Assembly (NCBI GenBank): GCA_041640595.1
Contig: JBEPZY010000001.1
Coordinates: forward strand, 896,001 to 960,000
Reading direction: 5' to 3'
Origin: Gemmatales bacterium
GTDB taxonomy: Bacteria; Planctomycetota; Planctomycetia; Gemmatales; HRBIN36
DNA length: 64,000 nt
In this document: positions 33,104 through 43,848 of the stretch, in pieces
How the letters are laid out: the number at the start of each line of letters is the position of its first letter
How positions within the stretch are numbered: the first letter of the stretch is position 1
Notes under the pieces: model-generated
Seen by the model: only the letters and a program-made list of their open reading frames with translations
What the model was told of the DNA's origin: nothing
Databases searched by the model: none
Position numbers and translations under genes: made by a program

Positions 33104-36100
33104 TCACGGCGAATGGGGTTTTTCGGTCTGCACCCGGCGAAGCTCTTCCAATGTCTTGCGGAGTTGCTCGAATTTTTCCCGATCTATGCCGGGCCCGTCG
33201 TTTTGCAGGTCGCGGATTTGCTGCTGAAGTTTCTCCTGCAAAAGGCGGATTTGCTCAAGCTGCTTCAAACGTTCCTGGGGTATTGCAGGCGCTGGCACTG
33301 CACGAATCCGTATCTCGACAGGTTGCGGTTTGGGGACTTCGACATTTTTGTTCTCGGCAGGTGCTGGCTTCGCTTCCGGCAAGTCCTTCGGCTTTGCGAG
33401 TGGCTGGTCGGGAATGACTGGAACCCGCTGTGCTGGCAGCGGTAGTGCTTGGGCTGGCACTGCGGGCGCTGGCTGAACGGGAACGGCCTGATTGGGCACA
33501 GGTTGCGGGATTGCGTTTTTGGGCAGCGGTTGTACAGGCAGTTGCTGAACCGGATTGACTGGCACCGGCTGCAACGGAACTGGCTGCACGGGAACGATAA
33601 TTCGCTGAATCGGAGGCGCTGCCGGAGGCACCGGCTGAGCAGGAACATTTCCCGGCAGTTGTTGTTTTGCAGCGGGAGCAGAACCGTTTGCCGGTGATTG
33701 ACCCGATTTGCCGCGCGGAGTTTCCAGGGGGTCAGCTACGTCGAACACCACGTGGAAATTCGCCGCTACCAGCTCCACCAGCCCCCTGGCTCGATCGAGC
33801 CGAACCTGGTGAATCTGGCTTCGCATGGCTGTCTCGCATTCGTAAACCTGGCCATTGCGTTTGTCTATGCCATGCACCATCGTTCGGTCTATGAACCGCC
33901 GATTTTGATTGTCCAGGGGCACACGTTGCCAGCTGGCACACAGGATCAAAGGCGATTCCTCGAAACGGTCCAGGATAAGCAGCTGGGGCGGCAGTTCGCA
34001 TTGCCAGCGAACTTTTTCCTGACCGCGATCGAATGCGACTACCGGACCCTCGGCAAACACGCTTCGCAAGAGGTTACCATAGGCGAGTATTTGAACGCCG
34101 TTTGCTAAAGCAATATTCACACCGGCTCCCACGTTCTGGCGATTGTTCTTGTTGCACACAAGATAGAAGTTGTAGTCGTCAGCGAGCAGTATTGCCTCGA
34201 CCTGCTCCGGGAACTGTTCGGGTAGTGCAGCCAGCAATACCTGATTGCCGGTCAAAACATCCAGCACCAGCAAATGGGGAGCCAGCACACCGGCGTCGGC
34301 ATCCGAGCCCTGTTTTGGAACGAGCAGGCTCAAAGCTACCGTATTGGGAACAAACGAGGTATAGCGGCGAGTCACGTTCCGCAGCCGTTTTGTCCAGACG
34401 TTTTGACCGGTCAAGGGATCGTAAAGCCGCCAATCTTCTCGCTGATCTTCCCCGGTTTCGCGGAGCAACAGATGTCGGCCAAGCACTCTCTCACAGCGTG
34501 TCCAGGCTGGTAGGAAATCTGGTACGGACAGCACTTCTCCAGTCCGCGTGGACAGCACCATGGGCTTGGCGTTCGGCTTTGCTGAGTGATTGCCTTCGCG
34601 TCCAGGCGGACTATAGGCAATAAACAAAGCCTGACCGTCCCCAAATAACCAGGCTCCATCCACCGCCAGCCGTTTTTCCCAACGGATTTTCCCGGAGGTA
34701 GGCTCAGCAACCACCAGGCCGCGATCGCGGCTGAAATAGGCAACAAAGCCAGGGGTCGCCACGAATTGCCCGTTGATACGCTCCCTCGTACCGTCAGGGT
34801 AATTGAGCACCCAGCTGGCGACGGACTGGTCCCAGAAAATACTCGGCTGCATCCCTTGAGGCCAGGGATAAGTTTCTCCCACCAGACTGACTTTCCACGC
34901 AAACGCCTTCCGCTCCAGGTCAAGGGCGTACAAATAGATACCCCACACGAAGAAGGCATAATGCCCCACCACCCGACACGGAACTTCCGGCGGTGAGTTG
35001 GTTGTGCCAAACTGGAAGTGATAATTTACCGGCGGTTGCTCCAGCGGCAGGGTGCGCAGCACTGCCGCATCATCGTCCCCCGTTGTTCGGCTCAAGATGC
35101 GTAGTTGTTGCGGAAAGACGTTCACGTTAATCGCCAGGCTATACTGACGCGATGGTGGCAGCAGGTCACCTTGCGTGCTCAGCCACACCTGCATTTGCTG
35201 CGGGAAGGTGCCACTCTCCACGCGGGGTTGCCCGATCTGCTGTCGGCTCGGCAGCCAGGTTCGATTTCCTGTATCGAGGTACGGCAGGAAACGTTTATCC
35301 GTCGCCAGTTCGTCGAACAGTTGCCGACCCGATTTCCCACCGGGCAGACGTATTTCCGGATAACGCTCGGCCAGTTTTCGGTAATAGAAAATGGCGTCCT
35401 GCATCTTGCCCAGACGTGCATGCAGCCGGGCCAGCGCTTCCAGTCCGGAGGCGGCGAACTGAGGATTCGAATGGGTGAGCAGAGGCAGGAGAACCATTTC
35501 CGCTTCCACGTTCTCACCGGCAGCCAGGCACTGCTCTGCCAGCAGCAAACGCGCTTCCGCGGCTAAATCGCTCGCCATTCCGAACAAGCTGACAAAACGA
35601 CGCAAGTTTTCACGATTCGGCGACGCACGCACCTGCTCCCATTCCTGCCGAACCAGCGCCGCCAATTCCTGCCGCTGTTCCGGCGATGACGGCCGCTGCA
35701 GCAGTGCACTCAATTTGGCTTCCGCATACAACTCCGGAATCACGCGAACCGAGCCATCCTGCGGAAGCAGGACATATTCCTGGGAGCCAAGTTTGGCAAA
35801 CTCTAAGTACGCCTGAAAAGCCTCACGCAAGCGTCCCTGGTTTTCCCGGCCACGGGCTACCAGATGCCAGTACTGCGCCCGTCGCTGTCGTTCTTCCTGC
35901 TCCCGTGCTACCCGGGCCGATTCTGTTTCACCATCCGGAGCCGGGATCTGCAGTAACTGTTCGTATTCCTGCAGATTTTTCTCGTAGGTATTGAAATCGC
36001 GCTGGAGCTGAATCGAGAGCGCCTCGAAAAGTTTCCGCTGGGCTCGACGGCGGGTCGCATACGAGATGTCAGGTTGCTTCAGGGCGCGGCGAAAATCATC

Positions 36101-38452
36101 GCAGGCCTTGTCGAGTTCGCCCCAGTGAATCCGCAGCGTGCCGAGCTCCGTCAACGCTTCCGGATCGTTCGGATTCTTCTCGAGGGCTTTCGCAATTTCC
36201 GCCTTGCGCACCTCAAGCTGCGGATACACTACCAGGCTGGTTAGCCCTTGAGCCACTACGTAACCGTCGTGGAAAAGCAAGTTGCCAATAGGTTCCTTGT
36301 TCTGCGCTTCGATGATTCCAAGAATGGCGCCGTCTTGCAGGCTGAGGGCTACTACCGCGCCATTGCGGGTGGGCAGAAAATAGGTGGTGGCATTGGCGAT
36401 ACCCCGGCCACCGGGGCCTTCGGTAGTGGGAGGCAAGGTGGTTCGCCACACCTGCTCACCGTCTGTCAGACGAATCGCACGCACGCTATCACGGCTCACG
36501 ACCACAATTCGCCCGTGGTAAATTCCGGCCACGTACAGGTCGTTTTGCTCCCGCGGTAACGGATTCCAGGCCAGGTTGCCATCCTGCAAATTGACGCAGT
36601 AGATCGCGTTGCTATCGGCTGCCGTAAACACAACTTTCCCGTCCGCAATCATTGGTGCGGGATAGAACCAGCGACGGTCAAGCCAGTTGTAGCGCGGATT
36701 GCCCGGCCCGATGACTATCCGACCCGGTCTCGGCACAGCGGCTTCAAAATCGGTACCCTCGTAAGGTCGTGCCCAGACCAACGTGCGGGTCAGGAGGTCC
36801 ACTCCCAGCACTACGCCAGCGTTGGTAGGGCACACAAGAATGCCGTCGCTGTAGGCCAAATGGCAGGCCTCCATTCGCCGCTCCGGGTCCTCCTGGATTT
36901 TTCTTTCGACATAGCACAACGGCTGCATCCACTGCACGGCCCCATTTTGCGGGTCGAGACAGATCAGCCGAATTTCGCCATTGCATTCGGCCAGCACGTA
37001 CAGTTTCCCGCCCAGCGGCAACGGCGGGCCGAGGAAAAACGTCTCCGCCCAGGGAGAGTTCGGAGCGCTTTTACTGCCTTCGAGCATCCAGATGCACCGA
37101 CCACCGCGGAGATCGAATGCCGAAAGATTGTTCCCCAACGACCACGTTCCCATCGGCAATGGCGCCGCACCTGGCGGAAAGACGTTCGGTTGACGTCGCG
37201 AGAACGCAGGCGGTAACGGCGTATCTTCCACAGCATAGACCCGCTCATGGTCGGTGCTGAGCGTGCCCAGAAGCCCGTTGTACACGAAAGCCATCGGCGC
37301 AAAACTACGGTATTGCTGCAACAGGGCCACATAATCGGCAGTACGCCGCGTGCTCAAAACATTGTCGAGGTTGTCCTCATAACTGGAGGCCCATTGAATT
37401 TCTCCGGTACGAATACGAACTGCCTGAATTCCATAGGTGGTACGACAGATGGCCAGTTCGCCGACACTGATGGGCAATCCACCTGGCAACACAGCCATTC
37501 GCCTCGACTGTAAGTTACGCACTGCGGTCTCGATTTCGCTACGGGTAGCTGACTCCTTGTAAGTGGGCAGCTCGTGGACCTTTTCGAGAAACGGTGCCGC
37601 CCCTTCGCTTATTGCCGTATGCAGAGCATCCCCGCCGAAGACAGGCCAATCAAATCGCTCGCGCTGCACCCGGTTGCTGGCGCTGGCTAGTTGCCGCAAC
37701 TGCTGTGGCTCCAAACGGGCCAGGGGTTCCGGCACATCGCGTCGCCAATCCCGACGTTGCAACTCCCGCCAGACCCGCTCGGCCAGGTTCGTTTGCCCGG
37801 CTCGCTCCAGTGCGAAAGCTGCCTTGACCAGTGTCAATGTCGGCAGGCGATCCCATCCGCCTGGACGCCCCAGCAACCGCTCGAAATACAAGGCTGCCAT
37901 CACCGGACTTCCCTGGTCGAGCTGAATCGTACCCAGGACGGCCAGAGCTTCTGCCCCGGCTTCGGTGTGGAGATAACGCATGGCCACTTCGGCAATTTTT
38001 TGCGGATCGCCAGCCTGAAGTGCGGCCCGCAGAGCTGCACGTGCCTGAGCACCGTAATACTGCTCGTAATGCTGCAACCCCTCCTCGCCCATGCTGGCCA
38101 GCAGACGGTTGGCTTCCGAGCGCACGCTGGCCCAGCGCCCGCGGCTATCCTGGAGGAATTTGTCTTCTTTCTCATCGAGCATGCCCTGCAACAAGTCCAC
38201 CGCTTGTCGCCATTGCTGTTCCTTGATCAACCGCTGAGCCTCTTCGAGTTTGCGTTCGGCATTGCGATCGCGGGGTAGCCGCACGCGCTCAGCAATACTG
38301 GTCTCGGGCCCTGGCTGTGTGGGACTTGTAGCGCGAACTTGCGCCAGCGCCACACCTCTCCAGCCTTCACCTACCAGAAGCATCAACAAAACCCAGGACA
38401 AAAACAGTCCGCTGAGCACGGTTGCAATAATGACCAGTCGCCGCCTTACCAT
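33104..38452 (-). CDS. Giant secreted PQQ-like beta-propeller / TPR protein with Pro-rich C-terminal tail
   Basis: Signal/TM at the N-terminus, WPVFGGD, repeated ..D..TG...W blades, TPR-like helices, QPVP-rich tail and terminal coiled coil. Confidence 0.85.
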   Translation of the reverse strand: MVRRRLVIIATVLSGLFLSWVLLMLLVGEGWRGVALAQVRATSPTQPGPETSIAERVRLPRDRNAERKLEEAQRLIKEQQWRQAVDLLQGMLDEKEDKFLQDSRGRWASVRSEANRLLASMGEEGLQHYEQYYGAQARAALRAALQAGDPQKIAEVAMRYLHTEAGAEALAVLGTIQLDQGSPVMAALYFERLLGRPGGWDRLPTLTLVKAAFALERAGQTNLAERVWRELQRRDWRRDVPEPLARLEPQQLRQLASASNRVQRERFDWPVFGGDALHTAISEGAAPFLEKVHELPTYKESATRSEIETAVRNLQSRRMAVLPGGLPISVGELAICRTTYGIQAVRIRTGEIQWASSYEDNLDNVLSTRRTADYVALLQQYRSFAPMAFVYNGLLGTLSTDHERVYAVEDTPLPPAFSRRQPNVFPPGAAPLPMGTWSLGNNLSAFDLRGGRCIWMLEGSKSAPNSPWAETFFLGPPLPLGGKLYVLAECNGEIRLICLDPQNGAVQWMQPLCYVERKIQEDPERRMEACHLAYSDGILVCPTNAGVVLGVDLLTRTLVWARPYEGTDFEAAVPRPGRIVIGPGNPRYNWLDRRWFYPAPMIADGKVVFTAADSNAIYCVNLQDGNLAWNPLPREQNDLYVAGIYHGRIVVVSRDSVRAIRLTDGEQVWRTTLPPTTEGPGGRGIANATTYFLPTRNGAVVALSLQDGAILGIIEAQNKEPIGNLLFHDGYVVAQGLTSLVVYPQLEVRKAEIAKALEKNPNDPEALTELGTLRIHWGELDKACDDFRRALKQPDISYATRRRAQRKLFEALSIQLQRDFNTYEKNLQEYEQLLQIPAPDGETESARVAREQEERQRRAQYWHLVARGRENQGRLREAFQAYLEFAKLGSQEYVLLPQDGSVRVIPELYAEAKLSALLQRPSSPEQRQELAALVRQEWEQVRASPNRENLRRFVSLFGMASDLAAEARLLLAEQCLAAGENVEAEMVLLPLLTHSNPQFAASGLEALARLHARLGKMQDAIFYYRKLAERYPEIRLPGGKSGRQLFDELATDKRFLPYLDTGNRTWLPSRQQIGQPRVESGTFPQQMQVWLSTQGDLLPPSRQYSLAINVNVFPQQLRILSRTTGDDDAAVLRTLPLEQPPVNYHFQFGTTNSPPEVPCRVVGHYAFFVWGIYLYALDLERKAFAWKVSLVGETYPWPQGMQPSIFWDQSVASWVLNYPDGTRERINGQFVATPGFVAYFSRDRGLVVAEPTSGKIRWEKRLAVDGAWLFGDGQALFIAYSPPGREGNHSAKPNAKPMVLSTRTGEVLSVPDFLPAWTRCERVLGRHLLLRETGEDQREDWRLYDPLTGQNVWTKRLRNVTRRYTSFVPNTVALSLLVPKQGSDADAGVLAPHLLVLDVLTGNQVLLAALPEQFPEQVEAILLADDYNFYLVCNKNNRQNVGAGVNIALANGVQILAYGNLLRSVFAEGPVVAFDRGQEKVRWQCELPPQLLILDRFEESPLILCASWQRVPLDNQNRRFIDRTMVHGIDKRNGQVYECETAMRSQIHQVRLDRARGLVELVAANFHVVFDVADPLETPRGKSGQSPANGSAPAAKQQLPGNVPAQPVPPAAPPIQRIIVPVQPVPLQPVPVNPVQQLPVQPLPKNAIPQPVPNQAVPVQPAPAVPAQALPLPAQRVPVIPDQPLAKPKDLPEAKPAPAENKNVEVPKPQPVEIRIRAVPAPAIPQERLKQLEQIRLLQEKLQQQIRDLQNDGPGIDREKFEQLRKTLEELRRVQTEKPHSP

Positions 38453-39125
38453 CGCCTGGACTCCTGTCGCAGAATGCCATTTTATTCCACGTTATTCACC
38501 AGCCTTGCCGCTGGCGGGGGAACGTCGCTGCGCGTCTCGTCTGGTTGATGCAATATTATTCCACGGCATTTACCAGCCTTGCTGTTATGCGACACCCGGA
38601 TGGCTATTCGCTTCAATCGTGTCGCCGCCAAAGGGTCTCGGCACAGATCGCATACCAGCCCGCCTGCCCATACACCATTCTGCCGCCCCCTGGCAAAATT
38701 GCAAGGGGCTTCAATTCCGCAAAGCCACTGGACAGGTGTAGTACCCCCAATTAAGACGAACAAGTATTCCGGAAGTAACAACGGTTTCTGCCTCGGCCGG
38801 CGGTGTCCGCCTATATCTTTGCGTTCGAAATGGCAGAACAGCGCCATTAGCCGACCAGCGTTGCGCCCAAGGCTTGAAACAAAATTTTGCCGTGCCCTGC
38901 CTTTCATTCGCCGAAAAAGTTTCCGGGTTACCAAAGACTTGTTCCAAGGCACAACCGTTTTGCCGGTGATGAACTGCGAGCAATTCGAGAGATTCCCCCC
39001 AAGCGGTCTCTCTCTGAAGGTCAGGCTGTAACAATTAACTGGGCGGAGGGGTGCCATGATCCCAGTGCATAGCAATGAATAACATAAGCGCGAACTGACA
39101 CGCTCACCCATCAGCGAGGAGCACT

Positions 39126-40400
39126 ATGCACACGCTCAGCAACACGGGCAAGGAATTGCCGTTCCTGGAAGAGGTGGAATTGCAGGGGCATATCATTGAC
39201 TCGCTGCTGTTGCCGAAGGTGCTTGATGAAATCCTGACGCGGGGCGGGCAATATGTGCTGAAAGAAATCCGCGTCGGTCAGCGCCAGCAGGACCCCAGCT
39301 ATGCCCGAATCGAGATTCGCGCGCCGACGGCGGAGCTGCTCCGGGACATCCTCGAAAGTATCCACGACCACGGGGCCACGCCGGTCGTGCAGCGAGATTG
39401 CCAGTACGTCCCGGCGGACATGGACGGAGCATTTCCGGAAGGTTTCTACAGCACGACCAACTACCGCACACAGGTTCGCCTGGGCGGGCAGTGGGTCGAG
39501 GTCGAAAACATGGAAATGGATTGCGGCATATTGGTGGAACCGGAAGCCCGGCGAGCCCGCACCATCGCCATGGCGCATGTCAAGCGTGGTGACCGTATCG
39601 TGGTCGGCCACGAAGGAATCCGTGTGTTTCCAGTCGGCCAGGAGCGTCGTCAACATTTATTTGAGTTCATGTCCAGCGCGGTGAGCAGCGAGAAACCCAA
39701 GACGGTAACCGTTCGGGAAGTGGCAGCGCAGATGTTACGCACGCGGGCCGCCGGGCAAAATATTCTCGCGGTGCTCGGTCCGGCCGTCGTTCACACCGGC
39801 GGCGTGGAACACATCAGCGAGCTCATTCGCATGGGTTTTCTGAACATCCTGTTCGCCGGCAATGCCCTGGCTGCTCACGACATTGAACAGGCGTTGTTTG
39901 GTACCAGCCTGGGTGTCTATCTGGAACGCGGTTTGCCCGCGGAAGAAGGACACGAGCATCACTTGCGAGCCATCAACACCATTCGCCGACTCGGCGGCAT
40001 CGCCGCAGCGGTGGAAAAAGGTGTGCTCCGCAGCGGCATCATGTATGAATGCGTTCGGCATCGAGTTCCCTTCGTGCTGGCTGGTAGCATCCGCGACGAT
40101 GGCCCGCTGCCGGAAGTTATCACCGATGTCCTCGCCGCTCAGGACGCCATGCGCCATTACATTCACCAGGGGAACGTCGGCATGTGCCTGATGGTGGCGA
40201 CGCTGCTACATTCCATCGCCGTGGGCAACCTGTTGCCGGCCTGGATTCGCGTCGTTTGCGTGGACATCAACCCAGCTGCGGTGACCAAACTCATGGATCG
40301 CGGCAGCATTCAAACGGTCGGCATAGTCACGGACGCCGAACCATTCCTGCGTCTGCTGGTCGCTGAACTGCGCAAACATACTGCCGTCGCAGTAACGTGA
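39126..40400 (+). CDS. TIGR00300 / LOR-SDH family protein (ornithine cyclodeaminase-like)
   Basis: ELQGHIIDS, FPEGFYSTTN, FEFMSS.VSSEKPK, GNALAAHDIE, GSIRDDGPLP and KLMDRGS motifs. Confidence 0.88.
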   Translation: MHTLSNTGKELPFLEEVELQGHIIDSLLLPKVLDEILTRGGQYVLKEIRVGQRQQDPSYARIEIRAPTAELLRDILESIHDHGATPVVQRDCQYVPADMDGAFPEGFYSTTNYRTQVRLGGQWVEVENMEMDCGILVEPEARRARTIAMAHVKRGDRIVVGHEGIRVFPVGQERRQHLFEFMSSAVSSEKPKTVTVREVAAQMLRTRAAGQNILAVLGPAVVHTGGVEHISELIRMGFLNILFAGNALAAHDIEQALFGTSLGVYLERGLPAEEGHEHHLRAINTIRRLGGIAAAVEKGVLRSGIMYECVRHRVPFVLAGSIRDDGPLPEVITDVLAAQDAMRHYIHQGNVGMCLMVATLLHSIAVGNLLPAWIRVVCVDINPAAVTKLMDRGSIQTVGIVTDAEPFLRLLVAELRKHTAVAVT

Positions 40401-40443
40401 GCGGACAGGTCAGCAAAGAGAACCTATCCAGCAGGAGCCTGTC

Positions 40444-42177
40444 ATGTCCAGTGAAGACGAAGCAGCACACGGCAGCGGTGTGATGCCCTTGAGGCCCGAC
40501 ATGACTTTGCGCCAGATCGCGATGGACTATCCGAAGTGTCGGCAGGTTCTCGAGCGGTACGGGGAGCCATCGAACCGGCCGCTGCCGTTCGGCCATCTGG
40601 AGCCACTTACGTATTTCGCCCGACGCCGTGGTCTGCCGCTGAGGCAACTGCTGGCCGAATTGTCGCAGGCAGCAGGAGTGCCTGTGGATTGGGACGCACC
40701 GCGGGCCGAGCACCTGCATCGCCCATTCGTCACCTCCGCGCTGGTTCTGACACTAACGCTCGGTGCCGGTTGGGGCATGTTCCTGCTTTTTCCCATTGCC
40801 TGGGGCAGCAGCTGGCAGGCGGTATCTCCAGGCATGGTGGTAGCGCACGGGGCGACGCAACTTTGGGGATTCGTTGGCCTGTTTGTCGTCGGCATTGCGT
40901 TGCGATATCTGCCTTCGGTCACCGGCCGTACCCGAGCGGGCTATTTATTGCGCCACGGCTTGCTGCTTATGTTTTGGCTCGGTGTTCTGGGCGGATTTGT
41001 CTGGGCTTTGTTCCCGTCGGTGGCGCCATGGATAGGCGTGGCCAGCGGCCTGGCGCTGACAGCTGCTGCGTGCTGCTACCTGGCATTCGTCGTCCGCCAG
41101 TTGGCCTTGCTGCCGCCTCCACTGTGGGGCTGGCCGGTGCTGGCTTCGGCGATCTGGATGCTGCTGTGGGCGATAGCCGAGCTGGTACTGCGCAGCTATT
41201 TCCGCCACACTGGGCCTGACCACTTTCGGCAAAGTGATCGGCAGCTGCTGATGGAGTTGGCCCTGTTCGGTTTCGCCCTCAACGCGATTTACGGATTCGG
41301 GCAACGATTGTTACCCGGCATGACCGGCACCCGCACACCGAATTGGCGGGCTATTAGGGTGGGCGTCGCAGTTCATAATGCCGGCGTATTAGCCCGCGGT
41401 TTGGCGCATCTGGGATTTGGCAACGTCGCGGCCTGGGTCGGCGCTGGGGGTCTGGCAGCCGGAGGCCTGTTATTTGTCTGGGCCATGCACGGCTACCGCC
41501 GGACGCGACCGACAGAGCCGCGTCCGGAAATCGGCCCTGAATCGCTGCGCTACTACGTGCAATTGGCGTTCGCCTGGCTGGTCATCGCTTTCCTGCTGCT
41601 GCTCGCCGGCGAAACTGTCTGGGGCGTCCGAGGACAGGCGATCCCTTCGGCCTACCAGGGAGCAGTGCGCCATGCCCTGACTGTGGGGTTTCTCACCACC
41701 CTAATTGTGGGCGTGGCCCAACGCCTGCTACCCATCCTCGACCATCGGCTATTGCGCTGGCCCGGACTGGTGTTACCGATCCTGGCGCTGGTGGGTTCGG
41801 GCAACGTCCTGCGCGTTGGCCTGGAATTTGCGACGTTGGCCAGCGACACGGTGTTTATCTGGCTGCCCGTCTCGGGAGTTCTGGAAGTCGGTGGACTCGT
41901 CCTGTTCTCCGTCAACGTTCTGGCCACGATGTGGTCTTCTCCAGAGCGTGAAGTGCGAGCGGGACAGATTACGTTACGCACTTCGGTAGCTGCCCTGCTT
42001 GCTGAGTATCCCGATCTGGAAGATGCACTTTTTGCCTGGGGCGTGAGATACCTAGGGCGTGTTCGCTCCGTGCCGCGGGAACTCACACTGGGCTCGCTTT
42101 GTCGTAGCGAAGGTCTCGATAGCGCGCAGATGCTGCAACGGATTCGCGACTGGCTGAAAAACTGTTCGGCTATGTGA
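40444..42177 (+). CDS. NnrS-like polytopic membrane protein with DUF1858/ScdA_N-like domains at both ends
   Basis: About 12 TMs with HG..QLWGF and RHALTVGF..LIVGV..RLLP. Terminal domains MTLRQIA..YP.C.QVL and TSVAALL.EYP..E..L...TLG..C. Confidence 0.7.
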   Translation: MSSEDEAAHGSGVMPLRPDMTLRQIAMDYPKCRQVLERYGEPSNRPLPFGHLEPLTYFARRRGLPLRQLLAELSQAAGVPVDWDAPRAEHLHRPFVTSALVLTLTLGAGWGMFLLFPIAWGSSWQAVSPGMVVAHGATQLWGFVGLFVVGIALRYLPSVTGRTRAGYLLRHGLLLMFWLGVLGGFVWALFPSVAPWIGVASGLALTAAACCYLAFVVRQLALLPPPLWGWPVLASAIWMLLWAIAELVLRSYFRHTGPDHFRQSDRQLLMELALFGFALNAIYGFGQRLLPGMTGTRTPNWRAIRVGVAVHNAGVLARGLAHLGFGNVAAWVGAGGLAAGGLLFVWAMHGYRRTRPTEPRPEIGPESLRYYVQLAFAWLVIAFLLLLAGETVWGVRGQAIPSAYQGAVRHALTVGFLTTLIVGVAQRLLPILDHRLLRWPGLVLPILALVGSGNVLRVGLEFATLASDTVFIWLPVSGVLEVGGLVLFSVNVLATMWSSPEREVRAGQITLRTSVAALLAEYPDLEDALFAWGVRYLGRVRSVPRELTLGSLCRSEGLDSAQMLQRIRDWLKNCSAM

Positions 42178-42222
42178 CCTTGTAAACCCGTTGGTCAAAC
42201 ATTCCATTTCCAGCCGAGCCCG

Positions 42223-42237
42223 TGGCACGGAACTGGC
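42223..42237 (+). promoter_or_regulatory. Candidate sigma54 (-24/-12) promoter
   Basis: TGGCACGGAACTGGC has GG-N10-GC spacing and one mismatch to TGGCACG-N4-TTGC. Confidence 0.35.
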
Positions 42238-42417
42238 CTTGTGCTCTGCTCGTGACAGAACTTATAACACCCGGTCTGCAAGCGCAGATGCTGCTGCCCC
42301 TCCGATGCGACAACAACCCCAGCGTCTGCGGGGAGTGGGGTGGAGGCTGGCCGAGCAGGATACCCTTATGCCCGCCGCTCCTACCAACCTACTCTCTCGG
42401 TGACCGGAGAACTCGGC

Positions 42418-43131
42418 ATGGATTGGCTGCAAATGGCAACGATTGCCGCGGGTATCTTTCTGGCGGAAACCTGTGTGGTCACCCTGAGCACGGTCCGCAC
42501 GATTTTGATCTCGCGACACCAGCGCATCTTGGCGCCGGTGCTGGGATTGGTGGAAATCAGCCTGTGGCTGCTGGCTATCGGGCAGGTGATGCAAAACTTG
42601 CATGTGCCGGTTTATTTCCTGGCCTTCGTCGCGGGCTTCGGAACAGGGAACTACCTGGGAGTGTGCGTCGAAAACTGGATGGCGCTGGGCTATGTGGTGG
42701 TGCAAATTATCACTCGTAAAGATGCTGGGCCATTGGTGCAGGCGTTTCGCTCAGCCGGTTTTGGTGTTACCTGTTTATCCGGACAAGGTCTCATGGGGCC
42801 TGTGCAACTTCTTTTGAGCGTTTTGCCTCGGGCCAGGCTGGACGAAGCCAGTCAACTTGTGGAAAAACACGACCCCGAGGCCTTTTACCTGGTGGACGAA
42901 CTTCGGACGATTCGCCGTGGATTTCTACCGCAGGCATTGCTGTTTCCGTTCTCGCTCTGGCGGAAAGAAACCACCGGCCACAGCTGGAATTTGACGGTCA
43001 ACCGGACAATCACCCACCACAATAATCCTTCCGCGAGTGTTCAGGGAGCGTCGCCAGGCCAGCATGGAGAACAATCCGAAAAAATCGGCCAAAAACCGTT
43101 GACCACAAGTCATTCGCCCATTATTAGATAG
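42418..43131 (+). CDS. DUF2179/DUF5698 membrane protein
   Basis: TLSTVRTI, LGLVEISLW, GFGTGNYLG, GFGVT...GQG and DPEAF motifs. Confidence 0.85.
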   Translation: MDWLQMATIAAGIFLAETCVVTLSTVRTILISRHQRILAPVLGLVEISLWLLAIGQVMQNLHVPVYFLAFVAGFGTGNYLGVCVENWMALGYVVVQIITRKDAGPLVQAFRSAGFGVTCLSGQGLMGPVQLLLSVLPRARLDEASQLVEKHDPEAFYLVDELRTIRRGFLPQALLFPFSLWRKETTGHSWNLTVNRTITHHNNPSASVQGASPGQHGEQSEKIGQKPLTTSHSPIIR

Positions 43132-43314
43132 TAGTAGGATTTTTCCGCTCACAAACAAAGCCAGGGATATCCGGTATGAAGCCGGCATCCAGTGGCTGAT
43201 GGCGGGCTGCACGCCAATTCTCCCAAGGAAGGGAAACTGGTCGAAAGAAACGACGAGCCAGCAGGCTATAGGTGAATTGGTCTTTCAGTAAAGCTAAGAG
43301 CAGGAGGGTCAGGT

Positions 43315-43848
43315 ATTTCCACACCACGCGCGTCGCGTCCGGGTCCGGAACGGGGTCTGCGGGTTAACGAGCAAATTCGCGTCAGCCCTATTCGCTTGAT
43401 TGGAGTCAATGGTGAATCACTGGGCATCGTGCCGACCTCGGAGGCGTTGAAACGGGCACGCGAAGCCGGTTTGGATCTCGTGGAAGTGGCGCCCTTCGAA
43501 CGCCCTCCCGTTTGCCGGATCATGGATTACGGCAAGTACAAGTATGAGCTTTCGCGGAAACAGTCCAAAGCCAAACAGCACCAGCCCAAGCTCAAGGAAG
43601 TTCGCTTGCGGCCAAAAACCGGTGAGCACGATATTGAAACGAAAATCAACCAGATACGCCGATTCCTCGAACATCACGACAAAGTGCAGGTAACCGTGCA
43701 GTTTCGTGGCCGGGAAATGCAACACGTCGAGGAAGGCCAGCGGGTCTTGCAACACGTGCTGGAAAAAGTGCAGGACCTCGCGAAACTGGAACGCCAGCCT
43801 CTCCTCGAAGGGCGGCGCCTGGTGGCCATGCTCGCTCCCAAAAGTTGA
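43315..43848 (+). CDS. infC: Translation initiation factor IF-3 with non-canonical ATT start
   Basis: RVNEQIR lies upstream of the ORF-track start. In-frame ATT at 43315 sits 7 nt after AGGAGG. LDLVEVAP..PPVCRIMDYGK and FRGRE motifs. Confidence 0.95.
   Translation: MSTPRASRPGPERGLRVNEQIRVSPIRLIGVNGESLGIVPTSEALKRAREAGLDLVEVAPFERPPVCRIMDYGKYKYELSRKQSKAKQHQPKLKEVRLRPKTGEHDIETKINQIRRFLEHHDKVQVTVQFRGREMQHVEEGQRVLQHVLEKVQDLAKLERQPLLEGRRLVAMLAPKS

Noticed and set aside
38482..39111. ORFs in the 670-nt divergent intergenic region
   Set aside because: No recognisable motifs or SD, and mutually overlapping. Likely promoter DNA.
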